A DNA stretch of 64,000 bases from a virus. Lineage: Duplodnaviria > Caudoviricetes. The stretch spans positions 2,549 through 66,548 of the IMG/VR virus record IMGVR_UViG_3300028886_003672; one strand, written 5' to 3'. Under the pieces are notes generated by a model. The model was not told the DNA's origin. It saw nothing but the letters and a program-made list of their open reading frames with translations, and ran no database searches. Positions 63,050-64,000 of this stretch are shown here, one piece after another (position 1 is the stretch's first letter; the number at the start of each line of letters is the position of its first letter). The translations under genes and the position numbers were made by a program.

Positions 63050-63349
63050 ATGAACAGGAACGATAAAAAGCAGGGAAACCGGATCCGGGAGCAGACGGGA
63101 CAGGAATACCTGGACCTGCTGCCCGGGGCGATGGACGCCCTGAAGGACATCATCGGCAATCCGGAGAGCAACCCGGCCGCCCGGGTGCAGGCGATCGGCC
63201 TGTTGATGGACCGCGGACTGGGGAAACCGGAGGAGACCATCCGGATCCGGCATATGGAGGACAACATGGAACAGGCGCAGGCGCGGATGGAAGAGATCTT
63301 CGCGCTGGTGCGGGAGAAAAAGGACGGGGAGCCGGGGGCGGAAGGCTGA
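63050..63349 (+). CDS. small protein, possibly terminase small subunit-like
   Basis: ARVQAIGLLMDRGLGKP motif; adjacent to terL. Confidence 0.4.
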   Translation: MNRNDKKQGNRIREQTGQEYLDLLPGAMDALKDIIGNPESNPAARVQAIGLLMDRGLGKPEETIRIRHMEDNMEQAQARMEEIFALVREKKDGEPGAEG

Positions 63350-63352
63350 AAA

Positions 63353-63412
63353 GTTGTCAGGAGAACCGTCCCCCTGACAACCCCTGACAACCCCTGACAA
63401 CCCCTGACAACC
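63353..63412. repeat. palindrome with the AGAACCGTCCCC core and 4 tandem copies of CCCCTGACAA
   Basis: GTTGTCAGG...CCTGACAAC inverted repeat; 10-mers at 63371, 63381, 63391, 63401. Confidence 0.85.
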
Positions 63413-63460
63413 TGAAGTTTCCCTCGAAAAAAGTTTCCCTCAGAAAGGAGGAAAAAGCGA

Positions 63461-64000
63461 ATGATGAACCAGGATCCGGTGAAGATTCCGGAGATACCGG
63501 GAAGAATTTCAAGCATGAAAAAGGACGGAACGGAATACATACGGTACCTGGCAGGACGGAAATACAATGCGGACCGGAAGTACAATGAGCCAGAATGGAT
63601 CGTGATCGGCCGGAGGAGCGAGACAATGCCGGGACTGATGTACCCGAATGACAACTATGAACAGCTTTTCGGAGACGAGAGCGATGAAAGCGCCATGACG
63701 GCGGAAGAGACCGAGTTCACACGGAAAAAGGAACTGTACGCGCTGTACGAGCCTTTTTTCGAAGCGCTGTACTATGAATTCCGGCAGCAGACGCGGCGGA
63801 GCCCGGACAGCCGCGTGAATGAATACAAGGCGGAAAGCCTGAACCGGGTGCTGGAACCGCTGAAGGAGATAATGGAAGGAGAGGACTACGCGGAACTGCT
63901 GGGGCTGATCGGGACAGGCGAAGACGGGATGAGTTACGGCGACGCGATGATGCTGCTGACCCAGTACAGAAGCGCGCTGGCGAAATTCCGCCGGAAGTGA
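63461..64000 (+). CDS. hypothetical protein; N-terminus resembles the N-terminal region of IS1634-type transposases
   Basis: IPEIPGRI..KK.GTEYI.Y...RKY...RKYN.P....IG; no DDE domain. Confidence 0.5.
   Translation: MMNQDPVKIPEIPGRISSMKKDGTEYIRYLAGRKYNADRKYNEPEWIVIGRRSETMPGLMYPNDNYEQLFGDESDESAMTAEETEFTRKKELYALYEPFFEALYYEFRQQTRRSPDSRVNEYKAESLNRVLEPLKEIMEGEDYAELLGLIGTGEDGMSYGDAMMLLTQYRSALAKFRRK

Larger units (their letters stand above)
45251..63349 (+). mobile_element. contractile phage-tail-like cluster with truncated and reordered head genes (defective prophage, tailocin or GTA candidate)
   Basis: Sheath, tube, baseplate, lysis, portal and terminase all on +; no integrase or replication genes for it in the window. 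Confidence 0.8.

Noticed and set aside
61501-63654. Long antisense or alternate-frame ORFs (also 14959..16830, 10548..11858, 7299..8318, 61809..63053)
   Set aside because: Shadows of strongly codon-biased genes; no motifs and no RBS.
1-64000. tRNA, rRNA or structured ncRNA genes
   Set aside because: None recognised by eye; an Infernal or tRNAscan run would be needed to exclude small RNAs.

Overview
The window holds two different phage-derived structural gene clusters separated by accessory DNA. The protein families point to a Clostridia-type Firmicute (inference). (1) About 1-38.3 kb is the late and right half of a temperate siphophage: HK97-type capsid (5' end outside the window), head-tail genes, major tail protein, a tail chaperone with a -1 slippery site, a 1743-aa tape measure, Dit, a large Tal, tail fibre, holin and endolysin, and finally an HTH/Zn-finger, SHOCT and two serine recombinase genes. 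Morons interrupt its tail operon: a MarR + radical-SAM pair + cupin cassette, DUF4314 and a HEPN-motif gene. A ~13-kb cargo block after the lysin carries LRR and ankyrin proteins, an AcrVA2/FinQ-family homologue with a divergent XRE regulator, a third serine recombinase module and a degenerate Fic protein. (2) About 38.4-45.2 kb is an AT-richer run of mostly unknown genes, including a SLOG protein and an AAA ATPase. (3) About 45.2-63.4 kb is a contractile-tail (myovirus-type) cluster: sheath, tube, chaperones, a very short tape measure, full baseplate, lysin and holins. Its capsid gene is 5'-truncated, the packaging genes follow lysis in reversed order (portal, terL, terS-like), and single unrelated genes sit at five gene boundaries in the neck-to-tail region. 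No integrase or replication genes for it are visible in the window. It is the best candidate for a domesticated tailocin- or GTA-like system, though it could be a decaying prophage. REP-like palindromes occur in it, one nested in-frame in the lysin. All family assignments come from motif recognition by eye; no searches were run.
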